NCBI RefSeq assembly: GCF_963921235.1
Contig: NC_086097.1
Coordinates: 131,938,001-132,002,000, forward strand
Length of the DNA stretch: 64,000 bases
Direction: 5' to 3'
From: Mobula hypostoma
Taxonomy: Eukaryota
Shown: positions 50,663 through 63,023 of the stretch, piece by piece
How positions within the stretch are numbered: position 1 is the first letter of the stretch
Layout: each line of letters starts with the position of its first letter
The notes under the pieces: generated by a model
What the model saw: only the letters and a program-made list of their open reading frames with translations
Database searches by the model: none
What the model was told of the DNA's origin: nothing
Translations under genes and position numbers: made by a program

Positions 50663-51789
50663 TAGGATTAATGACTGTGCTTGGAGGCTGCATTGTATTG
50701 ACAAGTGAGAGTGCTAGCCCTCATTTCGTCCACTTTATCCAGCAAGAAATTGGAATGGTTCTGTTCTTCCTGGTTAAGCAAATCGATCTCAGTTCCTCCC
50801 TCCTGTTGTGTGCCTGCCCTTCCCCCAGTCCGCAGAGGTGGCCGGATTGTAACTGATACAGTTGGCAGGATGCATGAGCAGCTTCAGCAGCAAGGCGCCG
50901 TGTAAACACTGAAAGAAGATCAAATCCACTTCAGATCAATAGGCACCAGACTTGCAGGCCTTTAGCATAGGGAGATTCTCCAGAGGACAATTATATACAT
51001 AAACAGAACTCAGAAACACTCGTCACACAAATACACTTGAAAAGTCCAGTAAGACACAGAAGTAAAATGTTGCATGCATTGTCTTTGCATAGATTGAAGT
51101 ATAGAATGCACACCACTGCTTGAGAAACCTGACTACAAAGACGTCTCCTCCATGGTTTTAGCTATAATTCAAGGCTGTAAACTATCTTAGATATGACTGC
51201 ATCAAATAAACTTGATAACAAAATGATTAAGTTGTCTCTTGGATTTTGTCTCCATTTTCTCCCTGCTCTTCAAAATAAAATGTTTGACAAATGTTTCCCA
51301 CCGCTGTTTCGAAGGAGTTTGTACATTCTCCCTGTGACTGTGTTGGTTTCTTCACACATTAAAAAGATATATGGGTTAGTAGGTTAATCTGTCAAATGGT
51401 GTAATTGGGCGTAGTGGGCTCAGTGGGCCAGAAGGGTCTGTTACTATGCTGTATCTCTAAAATATTATTGAAGCAGGATACTGTGGAAGGATGGATATTG
51501 GAGGGAAAAAGAGGGATGACGCAACAAATGCTCAACAGGTCAAGCAAAATTTGTGACGATTGGAAGAGAGTGTGAGCATCAGGTCAGTGAATTTCCATCA
51601 TAAGTAGGCAACACTCAAGGTAAGCATTCTTTAAGAGAAGAAGGAAGTGGAAGAGAAAGTTCAAAGAGAGTAAAAAGATGATGATAAAAAGGTAGGAACG
51701 TCTCTGTGGCTCTGCTTTGTGATTGTTTCCACTCATGGATCTCTCTGCTACTTTCCAGGTAGAATCGATGCCCACTGGGGCTTTATAAG

Positions 51790-52220
51790 GAATCCAGGGC
51801 CTCTACTTGATAGAGTTCAAAAGGATAAGGGGATATCTAATTGAAATCTACTAAATACTGAAAGCCCTGTATAGAATGGACATGGAGAGGGTGTTTAATC
51901 CAGAAATATGCCTTAGAATAAAAGGATGTCTCTTTAGAATTGAGATAAGGTGGACTCTCTTTAGCCAGAGGGTGGTGAATCAATGGAATTCCTTGCCGTG
52001 GAGGGTTATGGAGGCCAAGGCATTAGGTATCTTTAAGGCAGAGATTGACAGATTATTGATTGGTAAACCTGTTAAAGGTAAAGGTAAAGGTGGTAAAGGT
52101 GGTAAAGGTAAAGGACAGAAGGTGAGAGCATGGCTTTGAGAAAAAAATCAGCTACAATTGAATGACAAAGCAGACTCGATGGTCTAAATGGCCTAACTCT
52201 ATTCATATTTTATGGTCTTA
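51790..52220 (+). mobile_element. CR1 3' fragment containing a (GGTAAA)n expansion
   Basis: FSQRVVNQWNSLP..GIFKAEIDRLL, with a tandem repeat at about 52074-52113. Confidence 0.7.
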
Positions 52221-52299
52221 ACGGAAAGGATGAACTAAGTTTGCAAGGTGAGATCAAACCATTTTAATTCAAAAGACAGCTTACTACAACATGAGTACA

Positions 52300-52592
52300 T
52301 CCTAGAACACAACAAAAGGAAAGAGATAAGGGTGACATAATCTATCTTGATATCTTACCAGAAAGATAAATATTACCCAGAAAATCTCATGTTCCTTTCT
52401 CTTTGCAATAGGATTTTTGTACTAACCTGAAAGACCAACCTGGAGCTCAATTTAACATTTCATCTCTTATAGTGCAGTATTTCTTGATCACATTACATGA
52501 GTAACAGCTTTAACTTCTCAGCTCAACTCTCCAGAATGGAACTTGAACCCATAACCTTCAACCTGGAAGCAGGAATGCTGCCAGCTGAGCTA
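52300..52592 (-). mobile_element. Degenerate DeuSINE
   Basis: ACTTGAACCCATAACCTTC..CTGAGCTA head on the minus strand, with GATAAATATT and TTTAACATTTCATC Deu blocks. Confidence 0.45.
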
Positions 52593-54188
52593 AAAGTGAC
52601 CCTGCAACACACTTACATTATCTTAGCAATTCATTTCGGAGGTATTGGAATTGACAAGCCACCTCCACATAATATGTATCAACTCATTTCATCAGTGTGC
52701 ATTGAAATAAAATACAGCAGAGGTTCCCTATGCAGTTTGCCCATTGTACTCGACACGTGGGTAACTCAGGACAGGACATCCTCAGAGAGGCTGACAAAGG
52801 CTTGATTATAGAATCCAAGTTAACGGAGTTAGGTAAATGAGAGATTGTGCAATTCAGTGTTAGTACACTCCCAGCCACAACGTGAAGGCACTCAGTTCCA
52901 TGAAGTTGAGTTTAATAAATTTTCCATCCTCTTCAGTTTTCTTCAGATCTTAATTACTTATTTCTTTTGTTATATGTTGTTTTCCCATCTTCTGACTGCA
53001 TGCTTTAATTCTCCTCCCTCTCTTTAACTGTCAGTACCTTAGACTGAAAACCCTGATCATATCAGGCTCAAAGCCACCATTGTGACTGTAGTTCTGTAGA
53101 AAAGGGTGTTTAACTAAAAGGTTATTTTCCTTTTGCCTGGAAACATCAGCAGGGTGCAATCTTGAACAAAAACAGACTATGACATCTTATTACAGCATAA
53201 ATCTAACAGATGAAACTATACTCTATTAAAACAAATAGGAATTCAGACTGTTTTGACAAGCACTTAATACAAATGTCTGAGTTTGTGTGCGGATTTTGAA
53301 ACCATGTAGGAATATTGTCTAACACAGGGCAGTGTTACTTTACAGCACATTGCTATTGCTAATACTATTGTCTGACAGGAGAAAGCTTTTCATGGGATGG
53401 ATGGTTCAGTTTGCCAGTTAGTGGGTTGGAAAAGCAGAGGCCATCATTATGCTGTCTTGATTAACATGTCGAAATGTCATATTCCACTGTAAATGAGTTC
53501 ATAGCCACAATAATGCTGGGAATCTTACCTCATTTTCTAGTCAGACGGTAGATTTCCATACGTTGTGTTATTTCCATACCTTGTGCTAACTTAGTATTCA
53601 CCATACCCTCTTGTAGGTTGGTGAAGAGTGGAAAAGTTCGAGTGCTGAATCAATCACAAAAACGTTGATATTTCATCTTGCACACATCCCATAATGGGCC
53701 CAAGGAAGATAGGGATCAGCAGCAAGAGTTGGTCAAGTGATCTCTCTTGACCTGCTTCATCATTCAGTAATGATCTTCTCTAACCTTGGCCTCAATAGCA
53801 TGTTCTGCACAATCGGTATTTGGTTTATCATTATTACACGTAATTACAGTGAGAATCTTTTGTTTGCATGTCATCAAGGCAGATCATGCCATATGCAAAT
53901 ACACCGAGATAGTAAAAAGGAGGGCAGAATGCAAAATATAATGTTACAGTTACAGAGGATGTGCAGTGCAGGTAGACAAACGAAGTGCAAGGGTCATTAA
54001 AAGTTCATCTTTAGCAAGTCCCCTCAAGTTTCTGATAACAGTGGGATAGAAGCTCTTCTTGAACTTAGTAGTACATGCTCTCAAGCTTTGTATCTTCTGC
54101 CTGATGGGAGAGTGGGAGGGGTCCTTGATTATGCTGGCTGCTTTCCTGAGGCAGTGAGAAGTGTAGACGGTGTCAATGGAGGGAATCC

Positions 54189-54397
54189 TAAACACAAGAG
54201 ACTTCCGCAGATGCTGGAAATCCAGAACAACACACACAAAAGGCTGGAGGAGCTCAGAAGGTCAGGCATTATCGATGGAGAGGAATAAACAGTTGACATG
54301 ATGAGGCGAGACCCTTCAACTCAAAACATTAACTGTTTATTCCTCTCCATTGATGCTGCCTGATCTGCTGAGTTCCTCCAGCATTTTGTGTGTGTTC
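54189..54397. mobile_element. Palindromic mini Penelope insertion
   Basis: AACACACACAAAAGGCTGGAGGAGCTCAG..GGAGAGGAATAAACAGTT left arm and AACTGTTTATTCCTCTCC..GTGTGTGTT right arm. Confidence 0.8.
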
Positions 54398-54467
54398 TCA
54401 ACAGAGGAGAGGCTGGTTTGCATGATGGTCTGAGCTGTGACCACAACTCTCCGCAATTACTTTGGGT

Positions 54468-54750
54468 CTTATTTATTAATTTAAAGATACAGTGTGTAAT
54501 AGGCCTTTCCAGCTCTTTGAGCCACGCCGCCCAGCAATCCCCCGATTTGATCCTAGCCTAATCATGGGACAATTTACAATGACCAATTAAGCTACCAACT
54601 GGTGCACCATTGGATTGCGAGCGGAAACCAGAGCACCCAAAGGAAACCCGGACAGATATGGGGAGGAAGTACAAACTCCTTACAAGGCAGCAATGCGAAC
54701 TGCACTTGGGTCGCCTGTACTGTGCTAATCACTATGGCACTGTGCCGCCC
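54468..54750 (-). mobile_element. V-SINE
   Basis: GGCGGCACAGTG head, AAGGAGTTTGTAC..GGGTTTCC V-domain and (AATA)n tail. Confidence 0.7.
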
Positions 54751-55145
54751 GAAAGAGTGGTTGCCATACCAAGCTGTGATGCATCCGGAAAGGATACTTT
54801 GTATGGTGCTTCTACGAAAATGGCCAAGGGTCATTGGGAATAACACTGGATTCTTGGTTTCTTTAGTCTTGGAGAAATTTGATGATTTTACATCTGCATC
54901 TCACTAGCTGGAGGTTATCAAAGATTCTCAGCTCTTTGAGAGTTGAAATTTCACCTCATTTCTGTTGCAAATGAAAATACTTTTTACCCAAAGTCCCTTA
55001 TAGATACTTCTATCAGGAGAAATATGCTTTCAACTGCTAAGCTCCCCTAAAATCTTTTAATTTTAAACGAAATCATACTTCATTTTTTAAAACTCCAATT
55101 AACTGAGGTTCAATCTGATAATTTTTTCATCTTAAGACAGCCCAT

Positions 55146-56215
55146 TCAGAATCAGAATCAGGTTTATTATCACCAGCATGTGTTGTGAAATTTGTTAACT
55201 TAGCAGCAGCAGTTCAATGCAATACATAATATAGAAGACAAGGAAAAAGTAATTTAATAATAATAAATAAATAAATAAATCGATTACAGTATACATATAT
55301 TGAATATATTAAAAATCATGCAAAAACCAGAAATAATATATATTAAATAAGTGAGGGCGTGTTCACGGGTTCACAGCAATTTAGGAAATGGAAGAAGCTG
55401 TCTCTGAATTGCTGAGTGTGTGCCTTCAGGCTTCTGTACCTCCTACCTGATGGTAACAGTGAGAAAAGGGTCCCTTAATAATGGACACTGCCTTTCTGAG
55501 ACACCACTCCTTGAAGATGTTCTGGGTACCCAAGATGGAGCCGACTAAATTTACAACCCTCTTCAGCTTCTTTTGGTCCTGTGCAGTAGACCTCCATGCC
55601 AGACAGTGATTCAGCCTGTCAGAATGCTCTCCACGGTACATCTATAGAAGTTTTTTAGTGTATTTGTTGACATGCCAAATCTCTTCAAATGCCTAATAAA
55701 GTACAGTCACTGTTTTGCCTTCTTTATAGCTGCATCGATATGTTGGGACCAGGTTAGGTCTTCAGAGATCTTGACACCCAGGAACTTGAAAATGCCCACT
55801 CTCTCCACTTCTGATCCCTCTACGAGGATTGGTATGTGTTCCTTCGCCTTACCCTTCCTGAAATCCACAATCAGCTCTTTCGTCTTACTGACATTGAGTG
55901 CAAGATTGTTGCTGTAACACCACTCCACCAGTTGGAACATCTCACTCCTGTACACCCTCTCGTCTCCATCTGAGATTCCAGCAAAAATGGTTGTATCATC
56001 AGCAAATTTATAGATGGTATTTGAGCTACGCCTAGCCACACAGTCATGTGTATATAGAGATTAGAGCAGTGGGCTAAGCACACACCCCAGAGGTGCGCCA
56101 GTGTTGATCGTCAGCGAGGAGGAGATATTATCACCAATCCACACAGATTGTGGTCTTCCAGTTAGGAAGTCGAGGATCCAATTGCAGAGGGAGGTACAGA
56201 GGCCTTTATTCTGTA
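55146..56215 (-). mobile_element. Rex1-type LINE 3' 1.1 kb, relatively well preserved
   Basis: [43 protein letters not shown] and a (CTGATT)n tail. Confidence 0.9.
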
Positions 56216-56329
56216 ACTTAGGAATAAACCTTCTCTGAACTACCCCTTAAATAAGGAGAACAAAGCTGAATTCAGAACTCCAGATGCAGCCTTACCATAG
56301 TTATAGTGGGTCAGCATGCTAATAAGAAG

Positions 56330-58296
56330 TTCTCAAATGGTAGGGGTAGGCAATTGAGACGGACAGGGAAGTTAGGGACTGCATAAAAGCCAAGGAAAAG
56401 GCATATATGGTAGCAAAAGTGAGTGGGAAGTTGGATGATTGGGAAGCTTTTAAAATCTAACAAAAGGCAACTAAAAAAGGTAGAAGAAGGGAAAAGATTA
56501 AATATGAAGGCAAACTAGCCGATAATACAAAGCAGGATACTAAAAGAGTTTCAATCATATAAAGAATAGAAGAGAAGTGAGAGTTGGAAATGGACCACTG
56601 AAAAATTATACTGGCAGGTAGCAATGGGAGACAGAGAAGTGGCGGATGAACTTAATAAGTAATTTGCTTCATTCTTTACTGTGGAAGACTCTAGCTGTAT
56701 GCTAGAGGTCCATGAATGTCAGGGAGCAGGAGTGAGTGTCATTGCTATTACAAAGGCAAATTCAAAGGTCTCAAGGTGGGTAAGTCATCTGGACCAGATG
56801 GACTACATTCCGGAGTCCTGAAGCAGGTTGCTGAAGAGATGCATTGGTCAGGATCTTTCAAGAATCACTTGATTCAGGCATCGTCCTGGAGGACTGAAAA
56901 ATTGCAAATGTCACTCCACTCTTTTATAGACCTGTTAGCCTAACCTCAGTGGTTGGGAAAGTGTTAAAGAGTCCATTATTAAAGACAAGATTTCAGGGTA
57001 CTTGGAGACTAATGAAAAAAAATAAGTCAAAGTCAGCATAGTTTCTGCAAAGGGAAATCTTCTCTGGCAAATCTGTTAAAATTCTGTGAGGAAGTAACAA
57101 GCATTGTGGACAAAAGAGAGACAGTGGATGTCATTTACTTAGATTTTCAGAAGGCATTTGATAAAGTGCCTCACGTGAAGCTGCTTAACAAGATAAAATC
57201 CTGTGGTGTTACAGGAAATATGGCATGGATAGAGGAGTGGCTGACAGGTGAGAGTGGCAATAAAGGGGGCCTTTTTTGGTTGGCTGCCAGTGGCTAGTGG
57301 TGTTTTTCAGCGGTCAGTATTGGGACTGCTTTTCACATTGTTTGTTAGTAATTTAGATAATTGAATTGATGGCTTTGTGGCAAAGTTTTCAGATGATACA
57401 AAGATAGTTGGAGGGGTAGGTAGTGCTGAGAAAACAATACGATTGCAGCAGGACTTAGACAAATTGGAAGAATGGGGAAAAATGTGGCAGATGGAATACA
57501 GTGTTGGGAAATGTATGATAATGCATTTTGGTAAAAGGAACAATAGTGCAGGCTATTATCTAAATTGGGAGAAAATTCAAAGATCTGAGGTGCAAAGGGA
57601 CTTAGGAGTCCTTGTGCAAGACTCCCAGGAGGTTAATTCACAGGTTGTTTCTGTGGTAAAGAAGGCAAATGCAATGTTGTCATTCATTTCAAGGAGAATA
57701 GAATATGAAAACAAAGAGATAATGCTGAGGCTTTATAAGACACTAGTTGAGCCACACTTGGAATATTGTCAACAATTTTGAGCCCTTTTTTGCAGAAAGG
57801 ATATATTATCATTGGAGAGAGCCCAGAGGAGGTTCATGAGGATGATTCCGGGAATGAAGGGGTTTGCATATGTGGAGTGTGTGGAGTGTTTGGTAGCTTT
57901 GGGCCAGTACACTGGAATTTAGAAGACTGCAGGGGGATCTCATTGAAATTTACTGAATGTTGAAACGACTGGATAAGGTGGATGCGGAGAGGATGTTTCC
58001 TTTGGCACAGCCTCAAGATTGAGGGGCGACCTTTTAGAATAAAAGTAAGGAGGAACTTTTTTGGCCAAAGAGTGGGGGGTCTATGGAATGCTGTGCCACA
58101 GACTGCGGTAGAGGCCAAGTCCATGGGTATATTCAAAGTGGAAATTGATCAAGTCCTGATTGGTCGAGGCGTCAAAGGATATGATGAGAGCGCAGGTGTA
58201 TGGGGTTGAATGGGATCCGCAATCTACCATGATGAAATGGCGAAGCAGACTTGATAGGCTGAATGGCCTAATTCTGCTCCTATGTCTTATGGTCTC
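56330..58296 (+). mobile_element. Degenerate CR1 LINE (RT plus 3' UTR)
   Basis: [33 protein letters not shown] and VKKANAML motifs. TCTTATGGTC tail. Confidence 0.9.
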
Positions 58297-58312
58297 AGAT
58301 ACTAATAGAAAT

Positions 58313-59004
58313 AGGATGGCGGGAGGAGAAGATGGCGGTGCGATGCAGCTCGCAGCTGCCATTCCGGTGATGAATATCTGTTATCTGTCAAGTAGGGTGC
58401 CGTGCACAATCCTGATTTGACGGAGACAGACATGAGAGCACGAAGGAACATCTGGTGAAACTTCTGAAATGCCTGCTTCGTTGCCACTGCTACTGTGTGA
58501 TCCTGAATCTCTGGAGGAGAAGGCCCTGAGTCCTCGGCTTTGCTTGTTGCTCGATGGCCGGGGCAGGGTCGATGCGCTCAGCAGAGATGGTGCTTGGTGC
58601 TCGGTGCTCGGTGTCAGAGGGCTGGTCGGAGGCTCGAAGTTTTCGGACGGACTCAGAGTCCGCTGCAGTCGGGTGCTTCCAATGGTGCTGCATCAGCGAG
58701 TTGGCAGCACTTGGAGGTTCATGGCAGGGAGAGTTCCTCCCTTTTACCATCTGTGTGAGATGATGGGGCTATCGGGACTTGAGACTTTTTTTTTTACCTT
58801 GCCCATGGTCTGCTATTTATCAAATTACGGTACTGCTTTGCACAGTTGTAACTGTATGTTACAATTATGTGGTTTTGTCAGTTTTAGTCTTGGTTTGTCC
58901 TGTGTTTCTATGTTATCTTTCTGGAGGAACATTGTATCATTTTTTAGTGCATACATTTCTAAATGACAATAAACGAGGACTTAGTGTCCTCATAATCTAA
59001 TCTA
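58313..59004 (+). mobile_element. Non-autonomous retro-element family A, copy 3 (apparently full length)
   Basis: AAGATGGCGG at 58329-58338. AATAAA, GAGGACTTAGTGTCCTC and (TAATC)n at the end. Confidence 0.85.
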
Positions 59005-59019
59005 AAAAAAATCAACTGG

Positions 59020-59695
59020 GAATTGGTAATTGGTTTAATCATTGCCACATCTACTCAGATACAGCAAAAGATTTAGTTTTGCATGTCATCCAGACAGGTC
59101 ATTCCATGTGTAAGTACATTGATAGAGTACAAAAGGAAAACAATATCATTATGCAAAGTATAGCGTTATCCTTACAATTACTGAAAACCTGCAGTACCGG
59201 TAGACGATAAGGTACAAGTACGTTGACATGGCAGACTGAAAGATCAAGAATTCATAGAAGAGGTTCATTCAAGAGTCTGATTGCAGTCCAATAGAAGCTG
59301 TCTTCGTGCCTCAAGTTTTTATATCTTCTGCCCGATAGAAGAGGGAATAAGAGTGTGGCTGGGGGTGGTCTTTGATTACGTTGGCTGCTCTCCTGAGGCA
59401 TTGACAAGTACAGACAAAGTCAATAGAGGGGTGGCTGTTTTTTGTGATATACTGGGCTATGTATACAACTGGGCTACGTACACAAATGTATTACTGTGTG
59501 GTATTGCAGAGCATTTGCCTTATCAAACTCTGGTGCTGATGTATTGAATGCTGTCTATGGTGCATCTATAAAGTTGTGAGGATCATAAAGGATATGTTGA
59601 ATTTCCTTAGTCTTGTGAGGAGACAGAGGGACTAGTGTGCTTTCTTAGCCATAGCATCTATGTGGTTGGATCATAGTGGTGATATTTACAGGTAT
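59020..59695 (-). mobile_element. Rex1-type 3' end, degenerate
   Basis: Homologous to 53812-54840. Confidence 0.6.
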
Positions 59696-60117
59696 TTCAC
59701 AAGCAACACTCTTACAGCATTAAACCTGAACTTTTGTATATTTAGCACTAAGTGAAATCAGTTTCCCATCTATCTGAATCTGATTTACTCTTTGTTTGCA
59801 AAATGATCAGTGTACTGAGAAAAAATATTAATTTCTTTAATATCATTCTGTCTGTTTGGTGACATTTGATCACAGGCTAAGATCTTTCCTCTCAAATACC
59901 TCCTTTTAATGTGGGTTAAAGAGATTGATTTTCAACAAATTGGACTCACGTTCATGTTGAGTATCAATTATTCTATTATCATGTGATTTAGAGATTTACA
60001 TTGTCATTGTGGTTCTGTAACCAGATCCTCAAGTATTTGTGAGAGTTAAGTGGACGTAAAATCATTTGCTTGCTATTTAATTGCCTTGCGCCATGAAATT
60101 AATATTACAATCTTCAT

Positions 60118-60400
60118 ATTCTTCGACTTGCGCAGTCCTTTGGGATCGACAATGACTTGTTTCAAGTTTTGTCACTTCTGAGAAGACTAATGAGGCTAAA
60201 CCCACAGCTCTGCCACAGGTAGGACAGGAGGTGCTTGACGGGGCCAATAACGTAAGTAGTGTGCGCATGCAGTCATTTTCATTGGGCTTCTTGTGCTTCT
60301 TTAAGATTCTCAGTGCCTTTGGAAATGCTCCCTCTCCATTTTGAGCCATGAAAGGGCCAAAGATTCCCACTGTTCATGTGGATTGCTGCACTTTTCCAGG
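60118..60400 (-). mobile_element. RTE-type 3' fragment
   Basis: STSCPTCGR..GL remnant and a GTCATTGTCGATCCCAAAGGACTGC..GAAGAA tail. Confidence 0.45.
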
Positions 60401-60954
60401 GAAGGCTCCATAAAATATTAAGTATTAATTATGTATAGATCATGTATGGAATGATCTGCCTGGATGGCATGCCGAGATATCTTTCCACTGTATCTTAGTT
60501 CATAGGATAATACTAAACCAGTGACCAACTACCATTTAAAATCAACCACAAGAAAGACAAAAGACAAGAAAGAAGAATGGTAACAGAGTTATGATAGGAA
60601 TGATTGAAGCTTAGGAGGAGCACAGACCTGGTGGGATCACAAATGGCACCATTCAGTGAACGTCCACACACAGGAAGTTGTTGGAAGACATCTATGTTGC
60701 TGGTATACAAGGACAAAGTCATTCATTTGATCGAAATCCAGTTTTCAGAAGGTCCAGCTCAGACAGACGCTTACAACACCCCAGCCTAATTTCTATGCAT
60801 GCTGGTGACATTGTGTCACTTATGAAGGGTGGTGACAGTGTTATTAAACCTGATGGTTCCTCACAATTTCAGCCCACGTTTAGCTTCTTTAAGGCCTGCA
60901 CAGTATTTCCCATCTTCTCAGCACCCAATAAGTTTACCAACTCTGGTAACTATG

Positions 60955-61173
60955 TGCTATGTTCTGTAACTTCAAAACATTAAACTAATTCAAAGAAGAC
61001 ATAGAAGTCTGAAATGTGACTCTAACTTCAAGATTACTTTAAAAGAGGCATGCATGTATCATGTGGTAGTGTGATGACATATGCAATTCATGTATTTATA
61101 CATTTAATCTATGATGGATATCTTAAATGAACAAGAATGCTTAATCAATCTATACACACACACACACACATAA

Positions 61174-61210
<37 letters not shown>

Positions 61211-61275
61211 TGTATATAGGTTGATTAAGCATTACAAGATTATTCAAATATAGCTGAAATATTAAATACACAACA
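60955..61275. mobile_element. Candidate solo LTR with 5-bp TSD
   Basis: TG..CA termini (TGCTATGT / ACACAACA, imperfect inverted repeat). CTATG at 60950-60954 and 61276-61280. Confidence 0.6.
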
Positions 61276-61418
61276 CTATGTGTCAGCCCAAAGCTGTCTC
61301 TAATTGCACAAAATGGCAGACTTTGTGGACCAACCCTGTCACCACTAATCAGAAGACGAATATACTAGTTAATGCCCAATGAATGAACCAGAGTTATGAA
61401 TATCATAATTCCTACCTA

Positions 61419-61491
61419 CAGTACCGTTGAAAAGTCTTAGGCACATAGGCGTACATATAGCTACGGTGCCTTTGACTTCTGCACAGTACAA
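61419..61491. mobile_element. 73-bp Tc1-type MITE
   Basis: TA|CAGTACCGTTGAAAAGTCTTAGGCAC..GTGCCTTTGACTTCTGCACAGTACAA|TA. Confidence 0.65.
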
Positions 61492-61664
61492 TAGTAATTT
61501 TATGTATTACACTGTACTGCTGCTGCAAAAAAAATGAGATATGTGAGTGATGATTAGCCTGATTCTGATATGGGTCTCTATTGTGGACTGAGAGTGAGAT
61601 GGGGAATCATAGTTGGGAGGGAGTGGGAAGCACCAGAAAGATATTCTGTAATGATCAAAAAACC

Positions 61665-62140
61665 CTGTCCAAATGTCTTGTTAACATTATAGTGGTACCC
61701 ACACCTACCACTTCTTCTGGTAGCTCATTTCATATATGCACCACCTTCTAACAGAAAAAGCTGCCCATCATGTTTCCTTTTTCACCTTAAGCTATGCCTT
61801 TTAGTTTTAGACCCATGCCCTGGGGAGGGGGAAGACTGTAAAAGTTGTTTATTATTTTGATCCTGTCTGTTATAAACTTATTGGGAAATTGCCATCACCT
61901 TATCTATGTCTATCATGTTTTTATATACCTCTATAAGGTCATCTTTTTTTCTCTTATGTTTCAAGAACAAAAGCCCCAGTCTCTCTTACTCTTCTAACAA
62001 CTGAAGCCCTCCAGTCCAGGCAACATCGTTGTGAATCTTTTCTTCAACTTTTCTAGTTTAAAGCCATCGTTCTTCTATCTAGGCAACCAGAATTGCAAAC
62101 AATACTCCAAGTGTGGTCTCACCAATGTCTTGTACAGACT
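61665..62140 (-). mobile_element. CR1 3' fragment
   Basis: CCAGAATTGCAAACAATACTCCAAGTGTGGTCTCACCAATGTCTTGTACAG is the reverse complement of LYKTLVRPHLEYCLQFW. Confidence 0.7.
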
Positions 62141-62985
62141 TGTTTTGCAATTTCCCAATAAGTTTATAACAGGCAAGGTTAAAATAATAATCATCTTTAT
62201 TATATATAATGGTGTTTCTTTATACAAACAGTTTTAGTGTCAAGTTCTGGTCCTCCTGAAAAGATTTCCAATGCATTAACTAAAATGCCTCTTCTGAGGC
62301 CTTTAAAGCTTATAAACAACCCTACCCTGTTAAAGTGTCCTGTGTCTCAATACACTTCTCCCTCCACCTTCACCCCCACACTTCCAATGTTTCTGCTGCA
62401 GGATGAGAAACTGTTTGTGGTCTTAGTTACTGGATAGATGCCAGAATAGTCAACCAGGTAGGTAGACCAACGAGTTCATTTCTATTTATGAGTCATAGCA
62501 GATGTAAACATTTATACCATCTGTAAGCTTCACCAGGAGACATAACAAGAGGTGAAGCCCAACTTCAAGTCTGTCTTTGATGATGTTTATTCAGAAGTCT
62601 TCCAAAAAAAGATCTAGATGATAGCGATCTGCCTTGCTCAAATAAGATGTATCCTCCAATAATTGCTTTAATTGATGTGTTAGTCAACTTGTTTTATTTA
62701 ATTAAACCGATGTTTGAGACTATGTGGACAATGTCGTACAGCAATAATTGCTGTACATATTGGCACACTGTCAGCAAGCAATGGGAAGGATGTGACAATG
62801 TTACCCCACACATGGCAATTTAGGTATAATTGGGCAGATAACAATATTTAGAAAGAAATCAACAACGAGGCAAATAAATAATACTAGGCCAATACGAGAA
62901 AATCTGCAGGTGCTGGAAATTCAAGCAACACACACAAAATGCTGGTGGAACGCAGCAGGCCAGGCAGCATCTATAGGAAGAAGTA

Positions 62986-63023
62986 CAGTTGACGTTTCAG
63001 GCCGAGACCCTTCGTCAGGACTA
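62986..63023 (-). ncRNA. Minimal hammerhead motif, core intact, one stem I mismatch
   Basis: UAGUC-CUGACGA-A-GGGUCUCGGCCU-GAAA-CG-UC-AACUG. Confidence 0.6.

Larger units (their letters stand above)
53812..54840 (-). mobile_element. Rex1-type 3' end with nested Penelope palindrome and V-SINE
   Basis: SILSGCITAWYGN..SIDTVYTSHCLRKAASIIKDP pieces are collinear around two inserts. Confidence 0.75.

Noticed and set aside
58469..58966. 165-aa ORF in family A
   Set aside because: Homologous copies break the frame, consistent with non-coding GC-rich sequence.
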